DNA of 12,732 bases from Candidatus Omnitrophota bacterium (lineage in GTDB: Bacteria > Ratteibacteria > UBA8468 > MWAK01). Where the stretch lies: assembly GCA_043797665.1 (NCBI GenBank), contig JAZDPL010000024.1:1-12732 (forward strand), given 5' to 3'. The position numbers were made by a program, and so were the translations under genes. Below the pieces are notes generated by a model. That model searched no databases. It saw nothing but the letters and a program-made list of their open reading frames with translations, and was not told where the DNA came from. Shown here piece after piece: positions 1-9,972 of this stretch (position 1 is its first letter; each line of letters begins with the position of its first letter).

Positions 1-465
1 ATAAGTCTTTGATGTAGAAACGAGATTGCAGAAAAGACACTCTTCTTTTTTAGAAAAATGGCTGCAATAATTTTGATAGCAGAAAAATAAGCAATCCTCC
101 CCGCCTATCTGGCCAATTTTCACCATCGTATTATGGCTTGAAGTCTGTAGGCTGTAATACGCTGGCCTTTTAACCCACTTAACTCTGCAGATATTTTCCT
201 TACCGCTTGTCAAAATCAAATCGTCTTTATCTATTATAACCTGATATGGTGAACGACTCTTTTTTCTGAACTGAACTACTGTCCCGTCGGGAAGAAGAAA
301 GTCATCTGGCAATGATATCCCGACGTGATCCTCAAAATCCCAGCCAAAAAGACCGTGGTTCTGCTCTTTATATTCGCTTCCCACTCCTTTCAAAGCATCT
401 GGAGTTGCCCAAACCCCTTCGGTAAGCAATTCTGCTTTTAGTCCCAAATATTCATGCTCGCTCAT
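1..465 (-). CDS. Radical SAM protein, 5' part only (runs off the window), with atypical CX8CX2C cluster motif
   Basis: Manual translation of the minus strand from ATG at 465 (AGGAG RBS at 474-478) gives 155 open codons, MSEHEYLGLKAELLTEGV...RSPY...KRPAYY...YQNYCSHFSKKEECLFCNLVSTSKTY. C-x8-C-x-F-C is a radical SAM motif with an extended first spacer. Absent from the ORF track because its stop lies outside the window. Confidence 0.8.
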   Translation of the reverse strand, partial: MSEHEYLGLKAELLTEGVWATPDALKGVGSEYKEQNHGLFGWDFEDHVGISLPDDFLLPDGTVVQFRKKSRSPYQVIIDKDDLILTSGKENICRVKWVKRPAYYSLQTSSHNTMVKIGQIGGEDCLFFCYQNYCSHFSKKEECLFCNLVSTSKTY

Positions 466-522
466 CTGCCGATCTCCTAATCATTAGCCATGTTTTTCAT
501 CCATTGGAAATAAGAAATAGTC

Positions 523-1446
523 CTATTGGAAAAGCCAAGTAGTAAGGTATCTTTCCCCAGTATCAGGAAGAACTACCACGATAATCTTTCCTTTGTCCTC
601 TTTTCGCTTGGCTACCTCAAGTGCCGCCCATAGAGCCGCGCCGCTTGAAATACCGGCAAGGATACCTTCCAGTTTCGCAAGCTGCCGGGCGGTTTCTCCG
701 GCGTCATCGTTGCTAACTTGAATAACTTCATCAACAACGTCTCTATTTAAAACTTGAGGGATAAACCCTGCTCCAATTCCCTGGATTTTATGCGGACCGG
801 GCTTTCCGCCGGAGAGCACCGGCGAATCGACCGGCTCAACGGCGATAATCTTCACGGACGGTTTTCTTTTCTTCAATACTTCTCCTACGCCGGTTACCGT
901 CCCTCCGGTACCTACCCCGGAGATAAATACATCCACGTTTCCGTCCGTATCGTTCCACACCTCCTCGGCAGTTGTTTTGCGATGAATCTCAGGATTAGCA
1001 GGATTGTTAAATTGCTGAGGCATGAAACTATTTGGAGTAGTCTTAACCAACTCTTCTGCTTTCTCCACTGCCCCTTTCATGCCTTTTGTGCCGTCAGTCA
1101 ATACAAGCTCTGCGCCGAAGATTTTTAAGAGTTGCCTGCGTTCCAGGCTCATCGTCTCCGGCATCGTGAGTATTAACCGGTATCCTTTGGCGGCGGCAAC
1201 AAAAGCAAGGGATATGCCGGTGTTGCCGCTGGTCGGCTCGATGATAACCGTGCCCTTTTTGATAAGGCCCTGCTTTTCAGCCGTTCCAATCATCGCAACA
1301 CCTATCCTGTCTTTCACACTGGAAAGCGGGTTGAAGGATTCAAGCTTCGCCAGAACCGTCGCAGACAGACCCTCCGTCAGCCGGTTGATTCTTACCAGCG
1401 GGGTTCTTCCCACCGTTTTTGTTATATCCGGGTATATTTGACCCAT
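523..1446 (-). CDS. cysK: Cysteine synthase A (O-acetylserine sulfhydrylase)
   Basis: PLP-lysine motif SSVKDR, plus [25 protein letters not shown] and [17 protein letters not shown] upstream. Confidence 0.97.
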   Translation of the reverse strand: MGQIYPDITKTVGRTPLVRINRLTEGLSATVLAKLESFNPLSSVKDRIGVAMIGTAEKQGLIKKGTVIIEPTSGNTGISLAFVAAAKGYRLILTMPETMSLERRQLLKIFGAELVLTDGTKGMKGAVEKAEELVKTTPNSFMPQQFNNPANPEIHRKTTAEEVWNDTDGNVDVFISGVGTGGTVTGVGEVLKKRKPSVKIIAVEPVDSPVLSGGKPGPHKIQGIGAGFIPQVLNRDVVDEVIQVSNDDAGETARQLAKLEGILAGISSGAALWAALEVAKRKEDKGKIIVVVLPDTGERYLTTWLFQ

Positions 1447-1484
1447 GGTTTTCTCCTTTTCTGTCTGCGACGGTTCTTTTGTCG

Positions 1485-3697
<2,213 letters not shown>

Positions 3698-3805
3698 CCT
3701 ATTCCTCTCAGGTTGTGCGCCGTGCTCCAGTTGACTGGTCGTATCGGCACTCTTTTTATTTTTTTCCGGCGGTCCGGTATATGGTCACGCAAAGTATGTT
3801 TGGAT

Positions 3806-3988
3806 TCAGATACCACCTCCTTTCTCCACAAGCCACCTATCGTCGTAACGTTTTTTCTCCGTTACTTCCACCTGGACGATCCTGGCGTTGTGGACCGTAA
3901 TCGTAATTGAACCATATTTAATATTCCGGATCGTTTTGTCGATGTCGTTTATGATTGATTCGTTCACGTCTTTCCTGTGTTCGTCCAT
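3806..3988 (-). CDS. DUF2292 / YezD (OscA-like) small protein
   Basis: 60 aa containing IRNIKYGSITITVHNARIVQVEVTEKKR, the family-like core. ATG 3988 has an AAGGA RBS; the longer ORF-track start lies upstream of the promoter. Confidence 0.85.
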   Translation of the reverse strand: MDEHRKDVNESIINDIDKTIRNIKYGSITITVHNARIVQVEVTEKKRYDDRWLVEKGGGI

Positions 3989-4037
3989 TAACAATTCCTT
4001 CCGTTTCTCTACCTCTACTTTCTCTCGATTTATTACT

Positions 4038-4062
4038 ATTCCTATAGTTTTACTGATATTAT
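4038..4062 (-). promoter_or_regulatory. Candidate Rrf2-family (CymR/IscR-like) operator overlapping the -10 box and transcription start
   Basis: Minus strand reads ATAATATCAGTAAAACTATAGGAAT, matching the ANTWNAN3ATMGGAAT core of the recalled CymR box; it sits upstream of cysteine/methionine synthesis genes. Confidence 0.5.
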
Positions 4063-4086
4063 ACCAAAAAAAATATCCCGTGTCAA
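4058..4086 (-). promoter_or_regulatory. Sigma70 promoter of the sulfur operon, perfect consensus
   Basis: TTGACA (4086-4081), 17-bp spacer, TATAAT (4063-4058), with an extended -10 TGn. Confidence 0.9.
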
Positions 4087-4105
4087 GTCCTTCCAAAAAA
4101 TCAGG

Positions 4106-4942
4106 TTATTTTTTGCCGGCAACCGCGATTAATGTTTCTTCCAATTCTTTAACCGATATTGTTGGATCGGTCTTTTCCAGCAACCTTTTTGATTCTTGGG
4201 CCACCTTTATCCCGGAAAGCAACATTCCGCCAAAGGTCGGCCCCATCCGCGGAATACCGTAGACACTGGAGACCGCCATCCCGCAGACCAGTAATCCTGG
4301 ATAAACTTCACCGGTTTTAGATACCACTGCATCTTCTGAATTTTCAACATCCATCGGTCCAAAACCGGCGACGGTCAAAAGACCGCGGCGTTCCAAACTC
4401 CGGCAGACGACCGCCTCATGGCCGGTGGCGTCGATTACGGCTTTCGATTCCAGGGCGATGGGATCAACGCAGGTAATTTGCCTGGGCAGGGCTGAAACCG
4501 GAGCCCAGTTAATCACGACTCCTTCTACCCGGTTGTTGCGGTAAACCACGTCATCAAATTTGGTCAGGTTCAGGATTCTTGCCCCTGAATCGCAGGCGGC
4601 GGAGATAAGTTTTGAGCAGGCGGTCGGACCGTCCGCGGTAAATAAACCGTCTGCTGCTTTTTTGTAAGGTATCCTTAATTCGTCAAGGATTTTATCTGCC
4701 GGGGCCCTGAAGGTTAAGGTGTTCATGAAATAACCGCCGATCCAAAAACCCCCTCCTACGTAATTGTTGCTTTCAATTACTAATGTTTTTAACCCTGCAC
4801 TTGCCAGGTCACGCGCCGCTACCAATCCGCTCGGTCCACCTCCTACCACTATTACATCCGAAACGATGTACTCATCAAACCACCGGCTGAATTCTCTCAC
4901 AATCGCCCTGCTTACCTGCGCCTCCGTTACCTTTTTAAACAT
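4106..4942 (-). CDS. thi4: Thiazole synthase Thi4 (Cys-type)
   Basis: GGGPSG dinucleotide-binding motif, GGGFWIGG, CVDP, DATGH and RMGPTFGGM; lies downstream of a TPP riboswitch. Confidence 0.95.
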   Translation of the reverse strand: MFKKVTEAQVSRAIVREFSRWFDEYIVSDVIVVGGGPSGLVAARDLASAGLKTLVIESNNYVGGGFWIGGYFMNTLTFRAPADKILDELRIPYKKAADGLFTADGPTACSKLISAACDSGARILNLTKFDDVVYRNNRVEGVVINWAPVSALPRQITCVDPIALESKAVIDATGHEAVVCRSLERRGLLTVAGFGPMDVENSEDAVVSKTGEVYPGLLVCGMAVSSVYGIPRMGPTFGGMLLSGIKVAQESKRLLEKTDPTISVKELEETLIAVAGKK

Positions 4943-4994
4943 TTCCCCATCCTCCCCTTTTGTTTAACCTGAGAAGGATAATTGCGGAGGCAAC

Positions 4995-5034
4995 AAAAAA
5001 CCCTCATGCCGACAAAAATCACGACATAAGGGTT
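4995..5034 (-). terminator. Intrinsic terminator, riboswitch expression platform
   Basis: Minus strand AACCCTTATGTCG - loop - CGGCATGAGGGTT, running into a U-tract. Confidence 0.85.
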
Positions 5035-5045
5035 ATGCAGTTTCA

Positions 5046-5140
5046 TGCTTCCCTCCGCTGGTATTATCCAGATCAGGTTCTGCGGGTTATCTGCTCGTTT
5101 CTCAGAACTCTCAGGTCGTTCTTACGACCTCCCCGTTTTT
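5046..5140 (-). ncRNA. TPP riboswitch (THI box)
   Basis: Minus strand GGGGAG-GTCGT/ACGAC-CTGAGA...ACCC...GAACCTGATCTGGATAATACCAGCGGAGGGAAG contains the conserved TPP aptamer motifs, directly upstream of thi4. Confidence 0.95.
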
Positions 5141-5152
5141 GTATTTGTCACT

Positions 5153-5182
5153 ATTAAAACATATTTGCGCCGTTATTGTCAA
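5153..5182 (-). promoter_or_regulatory. Probable sigma70 promoter for the riboswitch-thi4 transcript
   Basis: TTGACA (5182-5177), 18-bp spacer, TGn-TTTAAT (5158-5153), just upstream of the aptamer. Confidence 0.65.
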
Positions 5183-5399
5183 AAGAGGCAGGTAGCGGTA
5201 TATCAAAAGAGAAATATTAAGGAGAAAATAATTAAAAGAGGTGAACAGGGGGATTTTTTGCCGTTGGGTGCGTATTCCGTTCAAAGTATCCACTCATTCC
5301 GGTGATGGTATCCACCCCCCCCTTTTGAATCGGAACGAAGCGACGGTTGGTTGTTTAATTCAACTAAAAAGAGGGTGCCGCTGCTTAAATCTGTAAGTT

Positions 5400-5690
5400 T
5401 TAGGCTATGGGCCTAAACGACATTTGTAGACCCGCGGCGTTCAGCACACCCATGAACGTCTTGAACTCCGGATTCCCTTTTTTCGAAAGCGTCTTATATA
5501 GACCCATTCGTGACAACGATGCCATCTTCGCCGTTTTTGAAAGCCCATGCGCTTTAGCAACTTGAGCGAGCGCGGCAAGTATAAGTGTTTGGTCGTTCTT
5601 CTCCGCAACCGCGTTCAAATAACGGGCGGCTTCTTTAGGGTCTTTCAACGCTTCGTCCAAATAATCATCATGGCTTCGATAGGTTCTCAT
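5400..5690 (-). CDS. Addiction-module antidote protein (HigA-like XRE HTH antitoxin, HI1420-type)
   Basis: AARYLN...AALAQVAKAHG...LSRMGLYKTLSKKGNPEFKT. ATG 5690 has a GGAGG RBS and an ATGA overlap with the toxin stop. Confidence 0.9.
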   Translation of the reverse strand: MRTYRSHDDYLDEALKDPKEAARYLNAVAEKNDQTLILAALAQVAKAHGLSKTAKMASLSRMGLYKTLSKKGNPEFKTFMGVLNAAGLQMSFRPIA

Positions 5691-6019
5691 ATCGTCCTCC
5701 GGTAATCGCTCCAATAATCCATCGCCTTTCGAGTGTCCTTATCCTGGCTGCCTTTATCTCCCGCGCAAAGCAAAACGATTAACTCTTTCCCCTGAAGACC
5801 AATATAGACTCGATATCCGGGCCCGAAGTGGATTCTTAATTCAATAACTCCTTGGCCCACACTTCCCCAATCTCCTAGGTTCCCAAACTCTGCTTGGGTT
5901 ACGCGCGCCCTGATCTTAGCGGCTCCTTCACGATCCTTGAGGGAATCAACGTATTCCACATACGGCTCGCTTCCCTTCGCCGACTTATAGATGATGGATC
6001 GTTTACGTATCACATGCAT
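5687..6019 (-). CDS. Addiction-module killer protein (RelE/ParE-superfamily HigB-like toxin, HI1419-type)
   Basis: GNLGDWGSVGQGVIELRIHFGPGYRVY...LLCAGDKGSQDKD; toxin-first gene order. Start is ATG 6019 or 6022. Confidence 0.92.
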   Translation of the reverse strand: MHVIRKRSIIYKSAKGSEPYVEYVDSLKDREGAAKIRARVTQAEFGNLGDWGSVGQGVIELRIHFGPGYRVYIGLQGKELIVLLCAGDKGSQDKDTRKAMDYWSDYRRTI

Positions 6020-6024
6020 CATAG

Positions 6025-6055
6025 ATAGTGTACACTATAGTTTACCTGTTGTCAA
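6025..6055 (-). promoter_or_regulatory. TA promoter with overlapping palindromic operator
   Basis: TTGACA (6055-6050), 17-bp spacer, TACACT (6032-6027). Perfect palindrome ATAGTGTACACTAT (6025-6038) and near-palindrome GTACACTATAGTTTAC (6030-6045). Confidence 0.8.
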
Positions 6056-6181
6056 GTGCAAGACCCGGGGATCTCGGACTGTCTGGTGGTTTTTCCGAAC
6101 CACCGTCGGAAAAACAGCCTTTGGAATACACCAGGACAAGACTTTTTCCTTTCCCCGGTATTCTCATCTGGCGGTTTTCGG

Positions 6182-6618
6182 AGGACTTCATAAAAGGTGA
6201 CGAACGTTCCGTGTTAAGAAATCCATTGACAGCCGAGGTACTTTATAAATCAAAAGATATAGAAAAGTGGGGTTCAGGATTAAAGAGAATCGTTGACGAA
6301 TGTACAGAAAAGGATGTCAAGGTTCAATTTCAGACATTGAAAACCGGTTTTCTGGTTTCTTTCCTTCGGACACCGGAACTGACCGGGGAACCTCCGGGAA
6401 AAACCCCCCAGAAAACCCCCCAGATAATTCTAACCGGACTTGAGTCCCGAATTCTGAGAGAGATAACCAGAGACCCCCGGCTTTCGAGAGAGAAACTCGC
6501 CCGGGTACTTGAAATAAGTACCGACACTGTAAAAGAATACCTATCCCGGCTGAAAAAGAAGGGGGCTATAAAACGGCTTGGTCCGGACAAAGGCGGCTAT
6601 TGGGAAATTGCACAATAA
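6182..6618 (+). pseudogene. 5'-truncated remnant of an AlbA/Schlafen-HATPase_c_4 ('RecG C-terminal')-HTH protein
   Basis: Family-like sequence begins abruptly at EDFIKGDERSVLRNPLTAEVLY..IEKWGSGLKRI and ends in an HTH plus RLGPDKGGYWEI. The N-terminal domains and a credible start are missing; the upstream ORF extension overlaps the TA promoter. Confidence 0.7.
6400..6423 (+). repeat. 12-bp tandem repeat x2 (AAAACCCCCCAG) encoding KTPQ-KTPQ
   Basis: Directly visible; a tetrapeptide-repeat linker before the HTH is typical of this family. Confidence 0.8.
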
Positions 6619-6673
6619 TATTCTTCCCGGGGATGTCTTTCTCTGGCGGGGCTTGAAAACCGGTTAATTGTCT

Positions 6674-8813
6674 ATGATTCGAGATTCCAAATGGTCCGTA
6701 CCATCGGTTGAGGTTGAAACACTTATCAGAGAGATATGTGCACTTGAGGTAAGTTATCCGGCGATTGAAATGGAACGCCTGATTGAAATTGGCGAACCCG
6801 CGGTCTTGCCAATCATTCAGGTTTTGGACCTGGTGGAAGGAGCGCCGAAACCTGCAGACGAATTGCCGTTCCTGGTAATTTTGGGTGAAATTCGTTCCCC
6901 GGCCGCGGTCGACATCCTGTTCAGATTTATGCTGGATGTCGAAAACGATATCCTGGCAAACATCGCCTGTGAAGCACTGGCAAAGATTGGTGAACCAGCG
7001 TTGAAATTACTGGAAAAGATCGTCACCGAAGACAAGAACAATCTGAAACGACTGTATGCTTATGGTGCGCTGGGATATATGAAACATCCCCTGTCCCATA
7101 AAATTCTTTGTTCGCAGTTAACCGAGGACCCGGAACTGGTAAATGTAATTGCCACCGCGCTTTCCGAATATGGTGATCGGAAGGACATTGAAGCAATTTA
7201 TTCCTTATATCACCACTCGAGAGAATGTGTTTGACCCAGACCTGGAAGAGGCAATCTATCTGATTGCCAACCCTGCTAAATTGGGGCCCACTCCAGTTGA
7301 GAAGAACTGGCGGACTTGCTACCGGAGATTACCTGTTTACGGAGATGCACCTTCATTAAGTGCATTACAAATTGCCGCAATCATCCACAAGGAATTTTTG
7401 AAAAACAGGGCGGTTGTGATGAAAAGAATGCCGAGAAGACCAAAGAGAGAACTGGATGAAATTATCTCTGATGAAAAGTATAAAGACGAAAAAAACCAGT
7501 ATTGCCCTAACTGTGGCGAAAAGGTTACCCTCCCTACCGGATTACCGGTATGCTCTGAGATTGCGTACAAGATAATCTTTCTTCAGGAGACGATTCTCCG
7601 GTCGTATCTTTTGACGGGCGTAGAGACCATTCCGGCTGCTCTGGATGTGCTTGATAACGAGACAAAGAAGGTTGGCAGGAGGAGAATCTGGTTCCGGAAA
7701 AGTAACCGGAAAGAAGAAATAGGAATAAAGTATGCCACCCTGAACTTCTTTCTGGAGCATAAGGAATATCGGTTAGAAAAGGCTTTGGAAAAGCTGGCAG
7801 AAATACGGGGAAGACTAAAAGAACCAAAAATAAAAGAGAGGCGCACCACGGAAAAAGTCACTTCAGACTTAACCCGGTTTATACGGGATAAAAAGTTTAC
7901 ATCAATAGACGAAGCAAATAAATATTTAAAAGAGATGATGAATAGGCACGGAGGCAGAGTTCCGGTGACATTGCCGGGAAACGCGCTGGAATCGGCCCAG
8001 GATATAATGTATGAAGCCTGGGACCAGGAAGACAAACAAGAACGAGTCAGGTTGGCCCGGAAGGCATTAGCTGTCTTTCCGGATTGCGCAGATGCCTATG
8101 TCCTTTTAGCGGAAGAGACTGCGACCAGTCTTCCGGAAGCAAAAAAACTTTTCCAAAGATGCCTGGAAGCCGGTGAGCGGACACTGGGTAAGGAAGGATT
8201 CAAGGAACATGCGGGCCATTTCTGGGGCGTTCTGGAAACACGACCGTATATGCGGGCACGGTTGGGTTTAGCCCAGACTTTATGGGAAATGGGTGAACAT
8301 GAAGAGGCGATCAGGCACTATCGCGAGATGTTAAGGCTCAATCCTAACGACAACCAGGGGATTCGTTATATCTTAGTTTATTCCCTTGACCGATTATCAA
8401 GGTATAATGAATTGGAAGACCACTTAGAGTCAAAAGAATACCAAGATGACTGTGCGCCAGACTGGCTCTATACAAAGGCATTATTGCGTTTCATCAAAAC
8501 CGGGCCGTCTCCAGAAGCAAATTCCCTCCTTGATAAGGCGAAAAAGTTTAATCCCTATGTACCTGATTATCTAACCGGCAGAAAGAAAATTCCCGATACC
8601 CTTCCGGAGGCAATAAAAGTCGGCGGTGAAGACGAAGGCTATTGTTATGCCGAAAAGTTTTTTTCTATCTGGCAGGAGATATCTGGCGCCATTGACTGGC
8701 TAAACGTTCGGACAGAAGGAGTATCTTCTTTGAATGGAGTACCTCGGAACGCACCCTGTCCTTGCGGTTCAGGAAAGAAATATAAGAAATGCTGCAGTAA
8801 GACAGTACATTAG
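6674..8813 (+). pseudogene. HEAT-repeat + CxxC + TPR (ST7-like) + SEC-C protein, split by a frameshift near 7219-7224
   Basis: ORF 6668-7234 has HEAT-like repeats (ACEALAKIGEPAL). The overlapping ORF continues ENVFDPDLEEAI..., then YCPNCG, a TPR region (FWGVLETRPYMRAR, LNPNDNQGIRY) and SEC-C (RNAPCPCGSGKKYKKCC). Adding one GA unit to GAGAGA fuses the two frames. Confidence 0.75.
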
Positions 8814-8860
8814 GTAAATGTTTCGGGAAGGCTTGTGTCGCAAATATAGTGGGGGAAAAT

Positions 8861-9115
8861 ATGGGAACGAAAGAAGAACAGATTGAGGGATTAACTTTAC
8901 TTATGCTTTACTTAACACACTGGGTTGAAAAAGGCAGGTGTTCTTCAGGAGGTGTCTCTCGCTCCTGGAAGGGATATCCGTTTGCCACGATAGACAGATT
9001 AGTTGAAAAAGGATATCTTGTTGGTGTCAAACATCCCGGTCAGAGCAAATCAGTAGTATTGACTGACGAAGGAATTGCAAAAGCCAGAGAACTGGAAAAA
9101 AAATTTCTAAAATAA
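8861..9115 (+). CDS. DUF6429-like small winged-helix protein
   Basis: LTLLMLYLT...SWKGYPFATIDRLVEKGYL...KSVVLTDEG. Confidence 0.75.
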   Translation: MGTKEEQIEGLTLLMLYLTHWVEKGRCSSGGVSRSWKGYPFATIDRLVEKGYLVGVKHPGQSKSVVLTDEGIAKARELEKKFLK

Positions 9116-9159
9116 TAGAAGAATTAGGTCAGTTTAAGTGAAGCCTTTCTTCAAACTTC

Positions 9160-9942
9160 TTAGACAAGGCCCAAGATTTTCTCTGCCTCTCCTGGATATA
9201 CCCCTTCTTGGTCAAAAAGATAGCTCTCGAAATTATTTAACTTTTTGATCTGGTTTCTGATTACATCCAGTTCGGCTTTTGAGAGTTTAGTCTTTTTAAG
9301 CGCTTTCAAATATAAACCCCATACCTCACTGACAAAACCTTCCGGGAATATTTCTGTGGAACCCCATTCATCATCAAGGGATAGACACCCTTTCACGATT
9401 TCATAGCATATACCCATGCAGGGTATATAATCCTTACTTTTGAAGAACCCCCTTGCCCTCTGGAAAAAGGAATCAAGCCTGCGGTATAGGTTTTCAACAG
9501 AATTTTCTCCCATTGAATCCGCTGCAAGCAAACTTCTAATTTTTTTACTATATTCAATTACCCGGTCAGATTCATTGCCCAATTCACTCTCAATAACATC
9601 TCGTGCCTCAGGAATAGAATTGAAAATGAGCTCAACTATCTCTATGAGCTTTTCCTTTGAAGTACCTTGCAATCTGCGAATTGTCCCTTCAAAACCCTTA
9701 AACCATTCTGGATGCTTTTCATAGGCCATTGCTACCGCTGCTATATGTTTACAACTACCACCAAAATTTGCAAAAGCAGGGCAGGAACAATATTCTGAAA
9801 GTTCTTTATCTTTAATGGGAACCTTTACACGATATGCATCGGTTCCTAAAACCTGCGCTTCCAAATAATCCTTTGTCTTCCGGCAATTAATCATGCGGGA
9901 AGGATTCACATAGAAAGACGGATTTTTTGAAGTCTCACGCAT
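9160..9942 (-). CDS. SWIM zinc-finger protein with helical C-terminal region
   Basis: CSCP...CKHIAAV (CxC-xn-CxH) motif; GAGGAG RBS. Confidence 0.85.
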   Translation of the reverse strand: MRETSKNPSFYVNPSRMINCRKTKDYLEAQVLGTDAYRVKVPIKDKELSEYCSCPAFANFGGSCKHIAAVAMAYEKHPEWFKGFEGTIRRLQGTSKEKLIEIVELIFNSIPEARDVIESELGNESDRVIEYSKKIRSLLAADSMGENSVENLYRRLDSFFQRARGFFKSKDYIPCMGICYEIVKGCLSLDDEWGSTEIFPEGFVSEVWGLYLKALKKTKLSKAELDVIRNQIKKLNNFESYLFDQEGVYPGEAEKILGLV

Positions 9943-9972
9943 TTTATTACTCCTCGTATTTTTTTAAATCAG

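Noticed and set aside
500..535. ATTGGAAA duplicated around the cysK stop as an insertion scar
   Set aside because: An 8-bp AT-rich match is too weak without comparative data.
3989..4096. N-terminal extension of the DUF2292 ORF
   Set aside because: It spans the -35/-10 promoter boxes, so it cannot be on that transcript.
4966..4990. Second, plus-strand TPP aptamer (AACCTGA..GGATAAT..GCGGAGG)
   Set aside because: The 5' half and P5 pairing are absent; it is better explained as the anti-aptamer strand of the minus-strand switch.
4960..5305. Short ORFs over the thi4 leader
   Set aside because: The region is explained by the riboswitch, terminator and promoter.
6151..6649. Loose direct repeat TTCCC.GG...TCTGGCGG (6151-6174 and 6624-6649) flanking the HTH remnant
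   Set aside because: Only 8 bp are identical, which is expected by chance, and it is not positioned as a clear target-site duplication.
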